Shown here piece by piece: positions 40,853-51,208 of a DNA stretch of 64,000 nucleotides. The position numbers and the translations under genes are program-made. This DNA comes from Candidatus Eiseniibacteriota bacterium (GTDB taxonomy: Bacteria > Eisenbacteria > RBG-16-71-46 > JABDJR01), in contig CAVXKA010000002.1 of assembly GCA_963762255.1 (NCBI GenBank), forward strand, positions 896,001 to 960,000. Direction: 5' to 3'. How positions within the stretch are numbered: the stretch's first letter is position 1; the number at the start of each line of letters is the position of its first letter. A model generated the notes under the pieces. It was not told where the DNA came from and ran no database searches. It saw only the letters and a program-made list of their open reading frames with translations.

Positions 40853-40934
40853 CGTGGCGCCCGTCGACCGCAGTCCGACGGGCCGCGAAGCGGGGGACCC
40901 GTCGGCGAGGACGACGGGCGCACGCGAAGCCGCG
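40843..40934 (+). repeat. Structured dispersed repeat, copy 1
   Basis: Matches the reverse complement of 53011-53110; nested stems. Confidence 0.8.
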
Positions 40935-40993
40935 GGCGTGGGCGAGCCGGGTGGGGGCCGCACCGGGCGCTCACCCGGGTGAGCGTGACGCCC

Positions 40994-42220
40994 CTACGTC
41001 CCCACCTTGAACATCTGCCGCGCCTTCTCCAGCGCGCGCACCAGCGCGTCCACTTCCTCGGGCGTGTTGTAGAGGTAGAACGACGCGCGCGTCGTCGCCG
41101 GCACGCCGAGCACGCGCATGAGCGGCTGCGCGCAGTGATGACCGGCCCGCACCGCCACCCCTTCGTTGTCGACGATGGTGGCCAGATCGTGCGGGTGGAT
41201 GTCGCCCAGGCCGAATGAGATCGCCCCACCCCGCTCGGTGCGCGGCCCGTAGATGCGCAACCCCGGAACCGCGCTCAACGCCTCCAGCGCGTACGCGGTG
41301 ATCTCCTGCTCGTGACGCCGCACATTCTCCATCCCCAGCGCGGTCAGGTAGTCGACGGCCGCCGCCATCCCTACCGCACCGGCGATGTTGGGCGTGCCCG
41401 CTTCGAACTTGTGCGGCGCCTTCTTGTAGGTGGAGCGCTCGAGCCGCACCTCCAGAATCATCTCTCCTCCGCCGTGGAACGGGGTCATCGCGTCCAGCAG
41501 ATCCGCCTTGGCGTAGAGCGCACCAACGCCCGTCGGCGCGAGCATCTTGTGCCCGCTGAACGCGAAGAAGTCGACGTCCAGCGCCGCCACGTTCACCGGC
41601 ATGTGCGGCGCCGACTGCGCGCCGTCCACGAGCACCTTCGCGCCGACCGCGTGCGCGGCCTCCACAAGCCGCCGCACCGGGTTGATCGTCCCGAGCGCAT
41701 TCGACATCTGGTTGAAGGCGACAAGCTTCGTCCGCCGGGTGAGCAACTCGTCCAGCTTGCTCAGGTCGAGCGTGTAGTCCTGAGTCAACGGGATGAACCG
41801 CAGGACGGCCCCGGTGTCTTGCGCGACCATCTGCCACGGCACCAGGTTCGAGTGGTGCTCCATCACGGTGAGAAGGATCTCGTCGCCCGGCTTGAGCGTG
41901 CGCCGCGCCCACGCGTACGCGACGAGGTTGATGCTCTCGGTGGTGCCGCGCGTCCAGATCAGTTGATCCGGCGACGGCGCCCCGATGAACGCCGCCACGG
42001 TCGCACGCGCGTCCTCGAAAGCCTGGGTCGCACGCTCCGCCAGCGCGTACACCCCGCGGTGCACGTTGGCGTTGTCGTGCTCGTAGTAGGCGCGCACGCG
42101 GTCGAGCACCTGCCGAGGCTTCTGCGAGGTGGCCGCGTTGTCGAGGTAAACCAGGGGCTTGCCGTGCACGCTCTGGTGCAGGGCCGGGAAATCGGCGCGG
42201 ATCGTGTTCACGTCGTACAT
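40994..42220 (-). CDS. sufS: Cysteine desulfurase (SufS/CsdA class)
   Basis: YLDNAATSQKP, EHHSN, DGAQ, FSGHK, EAGTP, RAGHHCA. Confidence 0.92.
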   Translation of the reverse strand: MYDVNTIRADFPALHQSVHGKPLVYLDNAATSQKPRQVLDRVRAYYEHDNANVHRGVYALAERATQAFEDARATVAAFIGAPSPDQLIWTRGTTESINLVAYAWARRTLKPGDEILLTVMEHHSNLVPWQMVAQDTGAVLRFIPLTQDYTLDLSKLDELLTRRTKLVAFNQMSNALGTINPVRRLVEAAHAVGAKVLVDGAQSAPHMPVNVAALDVDFFAFSGHKMLAPTGVGALYAKADLLDAMTPFHGGGEMILEVRLERSTYKKAPHKFEAGTPNIAGAVGMAAAVDYLTALGMENVRRHEQEITAYALEALSAVPGLRIYGPRTERGGAISFGLGDIHPHDLATIVDNEGVAVRAGHHCAQPLMRVLGVPATTRASFYLYNTPEEVDALVRALEKARQMFKVGT

Positions 42221-42274
42221 GGGCATCGAGTATAGCGCTCGCCCGAAAGGCTCCCAACTCGCTATTCTCCCCCC

Positions 42275-43504
42275 ATGCCTCTCCACATCCGGCCGCACCC
42301 GCACGAGGATCGCCCGGACTTCACGCCGAGCGAACGCTCGGTGGTGGGCGGCCTCACCGCGCTCCTCACCCTGCGCATGCTGGGGTTCTACCTGGTGCTG
42401 CCGATCCTTGCTCCCTACGTGCGCGGGCTCGCGGGAAGCACCCCGCTCCTGGTTGGGATGTCGGTGGGCGTGTACGGCCTCGCCCAGGCCCTCCTCCAGG
42501 TTCCGTTCGGAGCATGGGGCGATCGATGGGGCCGACGCCCCGTGCTCACGGTAGGGCTCCTTTCGTTCGCGCTGGGCTCGGTCGTGTGCGCGATCGCGCA
42601 CGACGCGCGGCTCATGGTGCTCGGCCGTCTTGTGCAGGGGGTGGGCGCGATCTCCTCCACCCTGGTCGCCATGCTGGCCGATCATACGCGCGACCGGGTG
42701 CGCACACGCGCGATGGCCATGATCGGAGTGGCGGTGGGCGGCTCGTTCGCGGCCGGGCTTCTCTTCGGTCCCGCTGCCGCCGCGCGCTTCGGCATCCCCG
42801 CCCTCTTCTGGCTCACCGCCGTTCTCAGCGTCCTTGCCGTGGTGTGGTTGTGGTGGAAGATCCCCGACCCGCCGCTCTCGATCCATCACGAAGAGATCGA
42901 GTACTCGCGAGGCCATTTCCTCGAGGTCCTCCTCGACCGAAACCTCCTTCGCCTGGACCTCGGGGCGTTCAACCTCCACGTCGTGCTCACCGCGATCTTC
43001 GTCACCGTGCCGTTCCTGTTGCGGCATCTCCTCGCCGAGCAGTATCAGTGGCGGTTCTTTCTCCCCGTCCTCGCCGTGGGCCTCGCCGCCCTGATTCTCG
43101 CCCCGCCCCTGAGCGAGAAGCGGGGGCGACCGAAGAAAGTCGCCGTCGCCGGGCAACTGGTGCTCGCGGCATCCCTAGTCGTGCTTGCGTTGGGGGTTCC
43201 GGCCAGCGTGCGGGAGCCGCGGGTCGGGCTCACCACGCTCATCGCGGGGCTCCTCCTCTTCGTGATCGCGTTCGCCGTCTTGGAGCCGCTCTTCCCCGCT
43301 CTCATCACGCGGTTCTGCCCATCCTCGACGCGCGGCACCGCCCTCGGCGTATTCAACATGAGCATGTTCAGCGGGGCGTTCGTGGGGGGAATCGTCTCGG
43401 GACTCCTGATCGAGTCGAACGTCGAGGCGCTCTTCTGGATCCTCACCGGCACGACGTTGTCGTGGATCGCGCTCGGGTCGACGCTCAACGATCCGGAGAG
43501 GTAG
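42275..43504 (+). CDS. MFS transporter (YajR-like)
   Basis: About 12 hydrophobic segments; GAWGDRWGRRP motif A; LRMLG, GVYGL. Confidence 0.88.
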   Translation: MPLHIRPHPHEDRPDFTPSERSVVGGLTALLTLRMLGFYLVLPILAPYVRGLAGSTPLLVGMSVGVYGLAQALLQVPFGAWGDRWGRRPVLTVGLLSFALGSVVCAIAHDARLMVLGRLVQGVGAISSTLVAMLADHTRDRVRTRAMAMIGVAVGGSFAAGLLFGPAAAARFGIPALFWLTAVLSVLAVVWLWWKIPDPPLSIHHEEIEYSRGHFLEVLLDRNLLRLDLGAFNLHVVLTAIFVTVPFLLRHLLAEQYQWRFFLPVLAVGLAALILAPPLSEKRGRPKKVAVAGQLVLAASLVVLALGVPASVREPRVGLTTLIAGLLLFVIAFAVLEPLFPALITRFCPSSTRGTALGVFNMSMFSGAFVGGIVSGLLIESNVEALFWILTGTTLSWIALGSTLNDPER

Positions 43505-44399
43505 CACCCCGGGCGACCGCGTCGGGCTCCGCGTAGGCGCCGGCGCGCCGAAGCGCCTCGGTGGCGCGCGCGCCGGGAAAGCTCACGAGGATCGCCAGCG
43601 CCGCTCCGGCCAGCGCGTCGATCGCGTAGTGATATCCCCCGTAGACCGCTCCTACCGCCAGCGCGGGGACGATGAGCGCGAAGACTCGCGCGAGCCGCAC
43701 GTGATAGCGCATCGCCATGATCCATGCCGTCACCGCCACCGCCACGTGGCTGGAGGGAAAGGCGGCGCCCACCGCGGAGCCTCGATCCAACACGGATCGC
43801 ACGAGCCCCGGCAACAGGTAGCCCACCGTGGCGGGATCGCTGCGTGGAAAGGCGTGGTAGGGGCCCACGACCGGATAAAGCACGAAGATCGCGAAGCAGG
43901 AGTAAGTAGAGAGCGCGACCGTTCCGATCGCGATTTCGAACTCGCGGCGCGGGCGTCGCAGCCACAAAACCGCGGCCAGCGTTGGCGTGAGGAAGTAGTA
44001 CGCGAAGTAGCCCAGGTGCAGGTACTCGCCGAGCAGCCGCCATGGCCAGAGCAGGTGAAGCTCGCGCGCGGGCTGAAACCCGAAGACGATCTGCTCCAGG
44101 TCCTGGATCGCCGCATCGTGGAAGACCCCGGCGTGCACCGCCTTCACGAGCAGGCCCACTTCGGAATAGAAGAGCGCGAACGCCACGATCGGATAGAAGC
44201 CGAGAACGACCGCGCCCACTTTCCATCGGTGGACACGATACGCGCGCGCGAGCACGATGGCGGCGATCGCGGCGACGTGAAGCACGATGAGCAACGCGGC
44301 GTTCGGCGGCCGGTGCGGCGCGAGAAGGAGCATCACGAGCCCGAAGACGAGGTAGGCCAGGGTGTACAGATCCGCCGGCCGCAGACGCCTCACAAGCAT
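43485..44399 (-). CDS. PAP2/Aur1-like membrane phosphoesterase or phosphotransferase
   Basis: YPVVGP, AAFPSSH, YHYAID; multiple TM helices. Confidence 0.82.
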   Translation of the reverse strand: MLVRRLRPADLYTLAYLVFGLVMLLLAPHRPPNAALLIVLHVAAIAAIVLARAYRVHRWKVGAVVLGFYPIVAFALFYSEVGLLVKAVHAGVFHDAAIQDLEQIVFGFQPARELHLLWPWRLLGEYLHLGYFAYYFLTPTLAAVLWLRRPRREFEIAIGTVALSTYSCFAIFVLYPVVGPYHAFPRSDPATVGYLLPGLVRSVLDRGSAVGAAFPSSHVAVAVTAWIMAMRYHVRLARVFALIVPALAVGAVYGGYHYAIDALAGAALAILVSFPGARATEALRRAGAYAEPDAVARGATSPDR

Positions 44400-45367
44400 C
44401 CCTCCCGACGGTACCAATCGACGGTCTCCGCAAAGCCCGTCACCGCATCGATGCGCGCACGAAAACCGAAGTCGGTCTCGGCGCGCGCCCCACTGCAGAC
44501 CCAGCCCGGAGCGAGCAGATCCGCAAGCCGATCCGGAGGAAGCCCATTGGGACGCCCGCTCATCGCCGCTGCGATGCCGGCGATCCGGCCCACCGCGGGG
44601 ATCCCCCGCCGCGGGATCCGCAGACGCCTCACGCGACGGCCGAGCCGAGCCGCGATCAGCCGACCGAGCGATTCCCAATCGGTGATCTCCGGGTGTGCGA
44701 CGTAGTACGTGCGGCCGATCGTGCGGTCGGACTCCGATGCCGCGACGATCGCCTCGGCCAAGTCGCGCGCATGGATGAGGCTCACGTGCTGCGCGACACG
44801 TCCTATCGCGGGCACCCATCCCCGCGCCGCGAGCCGCGCGAGCAGCAGAAACGAAACGTCGCGCGGGCCGTAGACCGCGGGCGGACGGAGGATCGTCCAG
44901 GCCGTACTTCCCGCCTCCGACTTGAGCAGGGTCTCTCCACGGAGCTTGCTACGGCCGTAGGAATTGCATGGCGTGTCGGGATCATCCTCGGTGCGTGCTC
45001 GCCCGGCGACGCTGGGACCGCCGGCGGCGAGGCTGCTCACCAACACCAAACGGCGCGCGCCTTCCGCGGCTGCGGCGCGAGCCACATGTGCGCACCCGCC
45101 GGCATTGACGCGGTCGTATTCCTCTGGATCGGTGGCACGAGTGATCCCCGCGACGTGGTAGATCACCTCGATCCCGCGCGCGGCCTCGGCGAGCGCTTGC
45201 GGCTCGGTAACCTCGCCGTAGACCAACTCCACGCGATCCACCGGGAGCCACGCCAGCTTGCTGGTGCGCCGCACCAGACACCTAACGCGATGCCCGCGAG
45301 CAAGCAGCGCGTCGGCAAGATGACTCCCCACGAACCCGCTCGCTCCGGTGACCAGCGCCAGGGTCAA
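44390..45367 (-). CDS. NAD-dependent epimerase/dehydratase family (candidate ceramide reductase)
   Basis: VTGASGFVGSHL, SSLAA, YGRSK, RPPAVYGP; TTG start overlaps the upstream stop. Confidence 0.85.
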   Translation of the reverse strand: MTLALVTGASGFVGSHLADALLARGHRVRCLVRRTSKLAWLPVDRVELVYGEVTEPQALAEAARGIEVIYHVAGITRATDPEEYDRVNAGGCAHVARAAAAEGARRLVLVSSLAAGGPSVAGRARTEDDPDTPCNSYGRSKLRGETLLKSEAGSTAWTILRPPAVYGPRDVSFLLLARLAARGWVPAIGRVAQHVSLIHARDLAEAIVAASESDRTIGRTYYVAHPEITDWESLGRLIAARLGRRVRRLRIPRRGIPAVGRIAGIAAAMSGRPNGLPPDRLADLLAPGWVCSGARAETDFGFRARIDAVTGFAETVDWYRREGCL

Positions 45368-46497
45368 GGGGCCGTCGCTCCCTCGGAGCGGCCCTCGTAG
45401 ATACGGTAGGTCTTGTAGGGCCTCCCCCCGAAGTTCTCGAGCGGCTTGCGTATGGCGAGGTTGTCCTCGAGCAGCCAGGAGAACTCGCCCCAGGTGTAGC
45501 CCTTCTTCACGCCGTGGCGGAAGTAGTCGCGGTACATGATCACGTCGATGCCGGTGTGCCGATACTCCTGGAGAAGTCCCAGCACCAGCACCCGCGCGCG
45601 GTTGATATGGCGCGCGTGCCAGAGGATCTTGAGCAGCCCGAACGGAAAGAGGTGCCCGTTGGCGTGCTTGACCGCCTGGTTGAGATCGGGGAGCCCGAGC
45701 GCGAAGCCCACCGCCTTCCCCTCGAGTTCGGCGATGAGGATGAGCCCGGGGTCGATGACCGGCTTCAACTGCTTGGCCATGTGATCGATCTCGGCGTCGG
45801 TCATGGGCACGAAACCCCAGTTCTTCTCCCACGCCGAGTTGTACACGATCCGGAACTTCTCCACGTCCTCCTGGAACCGCTTCTTGTCCAGGCGACGAAC
45901 GACAACCCCCGGATTGCGCTCCTGGGCGATCGCACCTCCCCGCTCCAGCCTCTCCGGGACTCCCACGTTCGGCATGCAATAGGCGAAGAGATCCTTGGCC
46001 TTCACGAGCCCGCAGGCTTCCACCAGCCGCCCGTAGTACGGCAGCGCGTGCGTCATCATGACCGCGGGGGGCGTGTCGAAGCCCTCCACCAGGAGCCCGC
46101 ACTCCTCGTTCGTGCTCGGGTTCATGGGACCGATGAACCGCGGCAGCCCCTGTTCGCGGTGGTAGGCGCGCACCGCATCGAAGAGCGCCCGCGCGGCCTC
46201 GGTGTCGTCCTCGCACTCGAAGAACCCGAAGAATCCCATCGCCTCGTCGTGGAACGACTCGTGGTTGCGGTTGCGGATCGCCGCAATGCGCCCGACGACT
46301 CGCCCGTCGCGCAGCGCCAGCATCGGACGGATGTCGCCGTGCTCGAAGAAGGGGTTCTTGGCCGGGTTGAAGAGCGCCTTCACGTCGCCGATCAGAGGCG
46401 GGATCCAGTGCGGATCGTCGCGATAGAGGCGCCAGGGAAGCGTCACGAAGACGTGCAGTTCGCGGCCCGAGCGGACCGGTTCCACCGTGATCGACAT
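45364..46497 (-). CDS. Double-GNAT N-acyltransferase (candidate bacterial ceramide synthase)
   Basis: NPFFEH, GRIAA, GFFE, GPMNPSTNEECGLLVEGF, WEKNWGFVP, SWLLEDN. Confidence 0.8.
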   Translation of the reverse strand: MSITVEPVRSGRELHVFVTLPWRLYRDDPHWIPPLIGDVKALFNPAKNPFFEHGDIRPMLALRDGRVVGRIAAIRNRNHESFHDEAMGFFGFFECEDDTEAARALFDAVRAYHREQGLPRFIGPMNPSTNEECGLLVEGFDTPPAVMMTHALPYYGRLVEACGLVKAKDLFAYCMPNVGVPERLERGGAIAQERNPGVVVRRLDKKRFQEDVEKFRIVYNSAWEKNWGFVPMTDAEIDHMAKQLKPVIDPGLILIAELEGKAVGFALGLPDLNQAVKHANGHLFPFGLLKILWHARHINRARVLVLGLLQEYRHTGIDVIMYRDYFRHGVKKGYTWGEFSWLLEDNLAIRKPLENFGGRPYKTYRIYEGRSEGATAP

Positions 46498-46526
46498 GGG
46501 CTAAGCCCCCCGAAGTTCCTACGCGG

Positions 46527-47759
46527 TCAAGAGATGATGCCGAGCTCGCGCCCGACCTTGCGGAAGACCTCGAGCATCCGGTCGATGTTCTCTTCGGTGT
46601 GGGTGGCCATGTACGAGGTCCGGATCCGGCACGAAGTCTCGGGTACCGCCGGCGGCACCACCGGGTTCGTGAAGACGCCCTCCTCGAACAGGCGCTTCCA
46701 GAACACGAACGTGTGCTCGAGGGTACCGATGATGACCGGGACGATGGGTGTCTCCGACGTCGTGGTGTCGTAGCCCATGCGCTGGAATTCCCGGCGCATG
46801 CGGTCCGAGATCTCGTTCACGCGCTGCCGCCGCCAGGGCTCTTCCTTGATCAGGTCGAGGCACTTCTGCACCGTCGCCACCGCATAGGGAGGCATGCTGG
46901 CGCTGAAGATGAGGGCGCGCGCGTGATGACGCATGTAGTGGATGACCGATTCCTCGGCGGCCACGTAGCCGCCGATGGACGCGAAGGACTTGGAGAACGT
47001 ACCGGCGATCAAGTCCACATCGCCCACGACCCCCTTCACTTCGCTGGCGCCGATCCCCTTCTTCCCCAGAATCCCCACGGAATGTGCCTCGTCCACCATG
47101 AGCCGCGCGCCGTGGGCGCGGCATGCCTTGACGATCTCCGGAAGCGGCGCGATGTCCCCCTCCATCGAGAACACGCCGTCCACGACCACCAGCCGCCCGC
47201 GCTTGGAATCGATGCGCCCCAGGATCCGCTCGAGGTCGCCGATTTCGTTGTGCCGGAAGCGGCGGGTCTCGCCGTAGGAGAGCCGGCAGCCGTCCACGAT
47301 GCTGGCGTGGTCGAACTTGTCCATGATGACCACGTCGTCGCGGCCCACCATGCTGGAGATCGTGCCGAGGTTCGTCTGGAAACCGGTGGAGAAGATGAGG
47401 CAGGATTCCTTCTCGCAGAACTCCGCGAGGTCGTGCTCCAGCTTCTCGTGAATGTCGAGGGTGCCGTTCAGGAACCGGCTCCCGGTGCAGCCGGTGCCGT
47501 ACTTGCGCGCCGCGGCCTCGGCCGCTTCCATCACCCGCGGGTCGTGCGTGTAGCCCAGGTAGTTGTTGGAGCCCGCCATGATCAGCGACCGGCCGTCGAT
47601 GATGACTTCGTTCGCCGACGAATCGGCGATCGGGATGAAGTAGGGATAGTAGCCCGACGCCTGCGCCTCGCGGGCGCGCGTGAAGGTGTAGGCCTTCTTG
47701 AAGATGTCGGCGATTTCCTGAGCCTCGTGGGCCGGAGTCGCCATCGGATTCGGATCCAT
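46527..47759 (-). CDS. spt: Alpha-oxoamine synthase, probable serine palmitoyltransferase
   Basis: YPYF, GSNNYLG, GTGCTGSRFLNG, HASI, FSMEGD, DEAH, GTFSKS, RALIFSAS; co-transcribed with a bCerS-like GNAT. Confidence 0.75.
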   Translation of the reverse strand: MDPNPMATPAHEAQEIADIFKKAYTFTRAREAQASGYYPYFIPIADSSANEVIIDGRSLIMAGSNNYLGYTHDPRVMEAAEAAARKYGTGCTGSRFLNGTLDIHEKLEHDLAEFCEKESCLIFSTGFQTNLGTISSMVGRDDVVIMDKFDHASIVDGCRLSYGETRRFRHNEIGDLERILGRIDSKRGRLVVVDGVFSMEGDIAPLPEIVKACRAHGARLMVDEAHSVGILGKKGIGASEVKGVVGDVDLIAGTFSKSFASIGGYVAAEESVIHYMRHHARALIFSASMPPYAVATVQKCLDLIKEEPWRRQRVNEISDRMRREFQRMGYDTTTSETPIVPVIIGTLEHTFVFWKRLFEEGVFTNPVVPPAVPETSCRIRTSYMATHTEENIDRMLEVFRKVGRELGIIS

Positions 47760-48007
47760 CCTGCCTCCGCACATGGTGATTCACACGGTGTCTCCCACGA
47801 GCTGGGGGCGGTCGGGAGACGGGCCGGGAACGCAATAGCCTAACCGGAAGGCGTAGTCATTCCAAGGGCTTTCCCGTTTCGCGCGCGCGGTCGGGGGCGC
47901 GGTGCCTCGGTGCGTGCCGCGGATAACGGATGCGGCGCCTCGGCACGCGCCATGAAGAAAGCGGTACGGTTGGCCGTGTCCCGTGGATCGGGTAGAATCG
48001 CCCGCTT

Positions 48008-50116
48008 ATGACCCCCACAAGCAATCGCACTCCGTCGTCATCGCTCGATCGGGACCAGCTCGTCGCGATCTACCGCAACATGGTCCTCTCGCGTCGCATG
48101 GACGACGCGGAGATCAAGCTCAAGCGTCGCAACCAGTACTTCTTCCAGATCAGCGGCGCGGGGCACGAAGCGGTCCTGACCGTGGCGGGGATGCTCCTCC
48201 ACTCCGGCCACGACTGGTTCTTCCCCTACTATCGCGACCGCGCGCTGTGCTTGCAGCTCGGAGTGACCCCGCGCGAGATGCTGTTGCAGGGGGTGGCCGC
48301 CGAGGACGACCCGGCGAGCGCCGGGCGCCAGATGCCGAGCCACTGGGGTCACGCGAAGCACAATATCGTCTCTCAATCGAGCCCGACCGGCACCCAGTGT
48401 CTGCATGCGGTGGGTTGCGCCGAGGCGGGGATGCATTTCGAGCGCCATCCGGATCTGCCCGGCAAGCCGCGCTTCGAAAGCGACGAGGTCGCCTACACCT
48501 CGGTCGGCGACGGCACCACGAGCGAGGGCGAGTTCTGGGAGGCGCTCTCCGCCGCCACCGTGAACAAGCTTCCGGTGCTGTTCATGGTCGAAGACAACGG
48601 CTACGCGATCAGCGTGCCGACCAGCGTGCAGACCCCGGGTGGGAAGATCAGCAAGGCGGTGGAGGGGTTCACCGGGCTCCTCGTGGAGGAGTTCGACGGC
48701 ACCGACGCGGTCGCTTCCTATGAGGCCCTCGCGCGGCTCGTCCAGTATTGCCGCGAGCGCAAGGGACCGGCGCTGGCGCACGCACATGTGGTGCGCCCCT
48801 ATAGCCACTCCATGTCGGACGATCATCGCGCGTACCGCACCGAGGCCGAGTTGGCCGACGAGGCAAAGCGCGATCCGGTCGACAAGCTGCGGAAGCGGCT
48901 GCTGGAGGAAGGTGTCTTGACGGACGCCAGGCTGGACGCTCTCCACGCCGAGGTGGACGAAGAGATCGAGGCGGCGGTGGCGGCGGCGCTGGAATCGTCC
49001 ATGCCTCCGCTCGAGAGCGCGGGACTCTACGTCTACTCCCCCGACGTCGATCCCACCTCGGGGGCGTTCGCCACGGAACCGGCGCCAGGAGGCGCCGACG
49101 CGTCCGTGGTGGAACTCATCAACGCCTGCCTCGTCGACGAGATGGAGCGCGATCCTCGCATCGTGGTCTTCGGCGAGGACGTGGCCGACGCCACCAAGGA
49201 GGAAGCGCTCCGCGAGACCAAGGGGAAGGGCGGGGTGTTCAAGGTCACGAGCGGACTGCAGCGCCGCTTCGGCAGCGATCGCGTGTCGAACTCACCCCTG
49301 GCCGAGGCCAACATCGTGGGACGGGCGGTCGGCATGGCCTTGCGGGGACTCAAGCCTGTCGTGGAGATCCAGTTCTTCGACTACATCTGGCCCGCGTACC
49401 ACCAGATCCGCAACGAGCTCGCGATGATGCGCTGGCGGAGCGGCAATCACTGGAAGTGCCCGCTCGTCATCCGGGTGCCGATCGGCGGCTACCTCGGCGG
49501 CGGCGCGGTCTATCACAGCCAGTGCGGCGAGGTGCTCTTCACCCACAACCCGGGATTGCGCGTGGTCATGCCCTCCAACGCGCTCGACGCGAACGGGCTC
49601 CTGCGCACCGCGATCCGCTGTGACGATCCGGTGATCTTCCTCGAGCACAAGCACCTCTACCGCCAGCCGTACGCCAAGGGACCGCGCCCGGGCCCGGACT
49701 ACATGATCCCCTTCGGCAAGGCGCGCATCGCGCGCGAGGGGAAGGACGCCACGCTCGTGACCTACGGCGCCACCGTGCGCCGCGCGGAAATGGCGGCCAA
49801 GGATCTCGAGAAGGACGGGGCCTCGATCGAGGTCATCGACCTCCGCTCGCTCTCGCCGTGGGATCAGGATGCGGTGGCGCAGAGCGTGCGCAAGACCGGT
49901 CGCGCGCTGGTGGTCTACGAGGATAACCGCTCGTGGGGTTACGGCGCCGAGATCGCGGCGTGGATCGCCGACGAGCTCTTCGAGCACCTCGACGCGCCGG
50001 TGCGCCGTTTCGCGGGGATGGACAACCCGGTCGCCTACGCACCCAACCTCGAAGACGTCATCCTGCCGCAGACGGAGACGATCGCGCGCGCGATGCGGGA
50101 GCTGCTCGCGTACTGA
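48008..50116 (+). CDS. 2-oxoacid (branched-chain type) dehydrogenase E1 alpha-beta fusion
   Basis: GAGHE, PYYRD, GDG..SEG...EDN TPP motif, GEDVA, EIQFFDY, FLEHK. Confidence 0.9.
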   Translation: MTPTSNRTPSSSLDRDQLVAIYRNMVLSRRMDDAEIKLKRRNQYFFQISGAGHEAVLTVAGMLLHSGHDWFFPYYRDRALCLQLGVTPREMLLQGVAAEDDPASAGRQMPSHWGHAKHNIVSQSSPTGTQCLHAVGCAEAGMHFERHPDLPGKPRFESDEVAYTSVGDGTTSEGEFWEALSAATVNKLPVLFMVEDNGYAISVPTSVQTPGGKISKAVEGFTGLLVEEFDGTDAVASYEALARLVQYCRERKGPALAHAHVVRPYSHSMSDDHRAYRTEAELADEAKRDPVDKLRKRLLEEGVLTDARLDALHAEVDEEIEAAVAAALESSMPPLESAGLYVYSPDVDPTSGAFATEPAPGGADASVVELINACLVDEMERDPRIVVFGEDVADATKEEALRETKGKGGVFKVTSGLQRRFGSDRVSNSPLAEANIVGRAVGMALRGLKPVVEIQFFDYIWPAYHQIRNELAMMRWRSGNHWKCPLVIRVPIGGYLGGGAVYHSQCGEVLFTHNPGLRVVMPSNALDANGLLRTAIRCDDPVIFLEHKHLYRQPYAKGPRPGPDYMIPFGKARIAREGKDATLVTYGATVRRAEMAAKDLEKDGASIEVIDLRSLSPWDQDAVAQSVRKTGRALVVYEDNRSWGYGAEIAAWIADELFEHLDAPVRRFAGMDNPVAYAPNLEDVILPQTETIARAMRELLAY

Positions 50117-50179
50117 CGTGCCGGCGGCTGACGCGTTGCCGGCTGATGCATCCTCCCGGCGACGGCGGAGTGAGCCGTT

Positions 50180-51206
50180 CTAGTCGATGAGGAGGAGCCG
50201 GAACAGGTAGTAGCTCCCGGCCCCGATCAGAGCGGCCGCGGGGATGGTCAAGAGCCAGGCCCAGATGATGCGGCCCGCGACGCCCCACTTGACCGCGGAC
50301 GCGTTGGTGGTCGCGCCGACTCCCACGATTGCTCCCGTAATGGTATGCGTCGTCGACACGGGAATACCGGCATGGGTCGCCATCCACAGGGTGAACGCCC
50401 CCGAGGTCTCGGCGGCGAATCCACCCACCGGCTTCAGCTTCGTGATCTTCATCCCCATCGTCTTGACGATGCGCCAGCCGCCGAAGGCCGTGCCGATGGC
50501 CATCGCGAGGTGGCAGGAGAGGATGATCCAGAGCGTGTGCGGGTCGGTGAGTGAGAGTTGGACGTCGGGGCTCATGTAGACCCGCCGCGACAAGCAGCGC
50601 CACGATCACGCCCATCGTCTTCTGGGCGTCGTTGCCCCCGTGGCCCAGCGAGTAGAGCGCCGCCGACAAGAGCTGCCCGCGCCGGAAGACGCGGTCGACG
50701 GTGGCCGGACGCCACTTCCGAAAGATCCAGAAGACGGCATGCATCACGATGAAGCCGAGAACCATGCCGATCACCGGCGCGAGCGGGATGTACTCGACCA
50801 CCTTCATGACCTTGTCCCAGCGGAGAATGTCCCAACCCGCGTAAGCGATGCCGGCCCCGCCGATGCCTCCGATGAGCGCGTGCGAGGAGCTGGTGGGAAG
50901 CGCCCACCACCAGGTCAGCAGATCCCACACGATCGCGCCGATCAGCCCGGCCAGGACCACGTAGACGAACGTTGGTTCATCCGGAGTGATCTTCACGATC
51001 TTCGAAATCGTGTCGGCCACTTTGGGGGCAAAGATGAACATGGCCACGAAGTTGAAGAAAGCAGCCCACAGCACCGCCATGCCGGGGCGCAGGACTCGCG
51101 TCGAGACCACCGTGGCGATGGAGTTGGCCGAGTCATGGAAGCCATTGATGACGTCGAACAGGAGCGCGAGGATGATCGTGAAGACGACGACGACGGTGAT
51201 CGACAT
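50180..51206 (-). CDS. pit: PiT-family inorganic phosphate transporter (frameshift at ~50580)
   Basis: NGFHDSANSIAT, PTSSSHA and HGGNDAQK in one frame; GGWRIVKTMG and PVSTTH in the other. Confidence 0.88.
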
Positions 51207-51208
51207 GG

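Noticed and set aside
40843-40934. Structured repeat as a hammerhead ribozyme, tRNA or intrinsic terminator
   Set aside because: No CUGANGA/GAAA core, no cloverleaf and no U-tract
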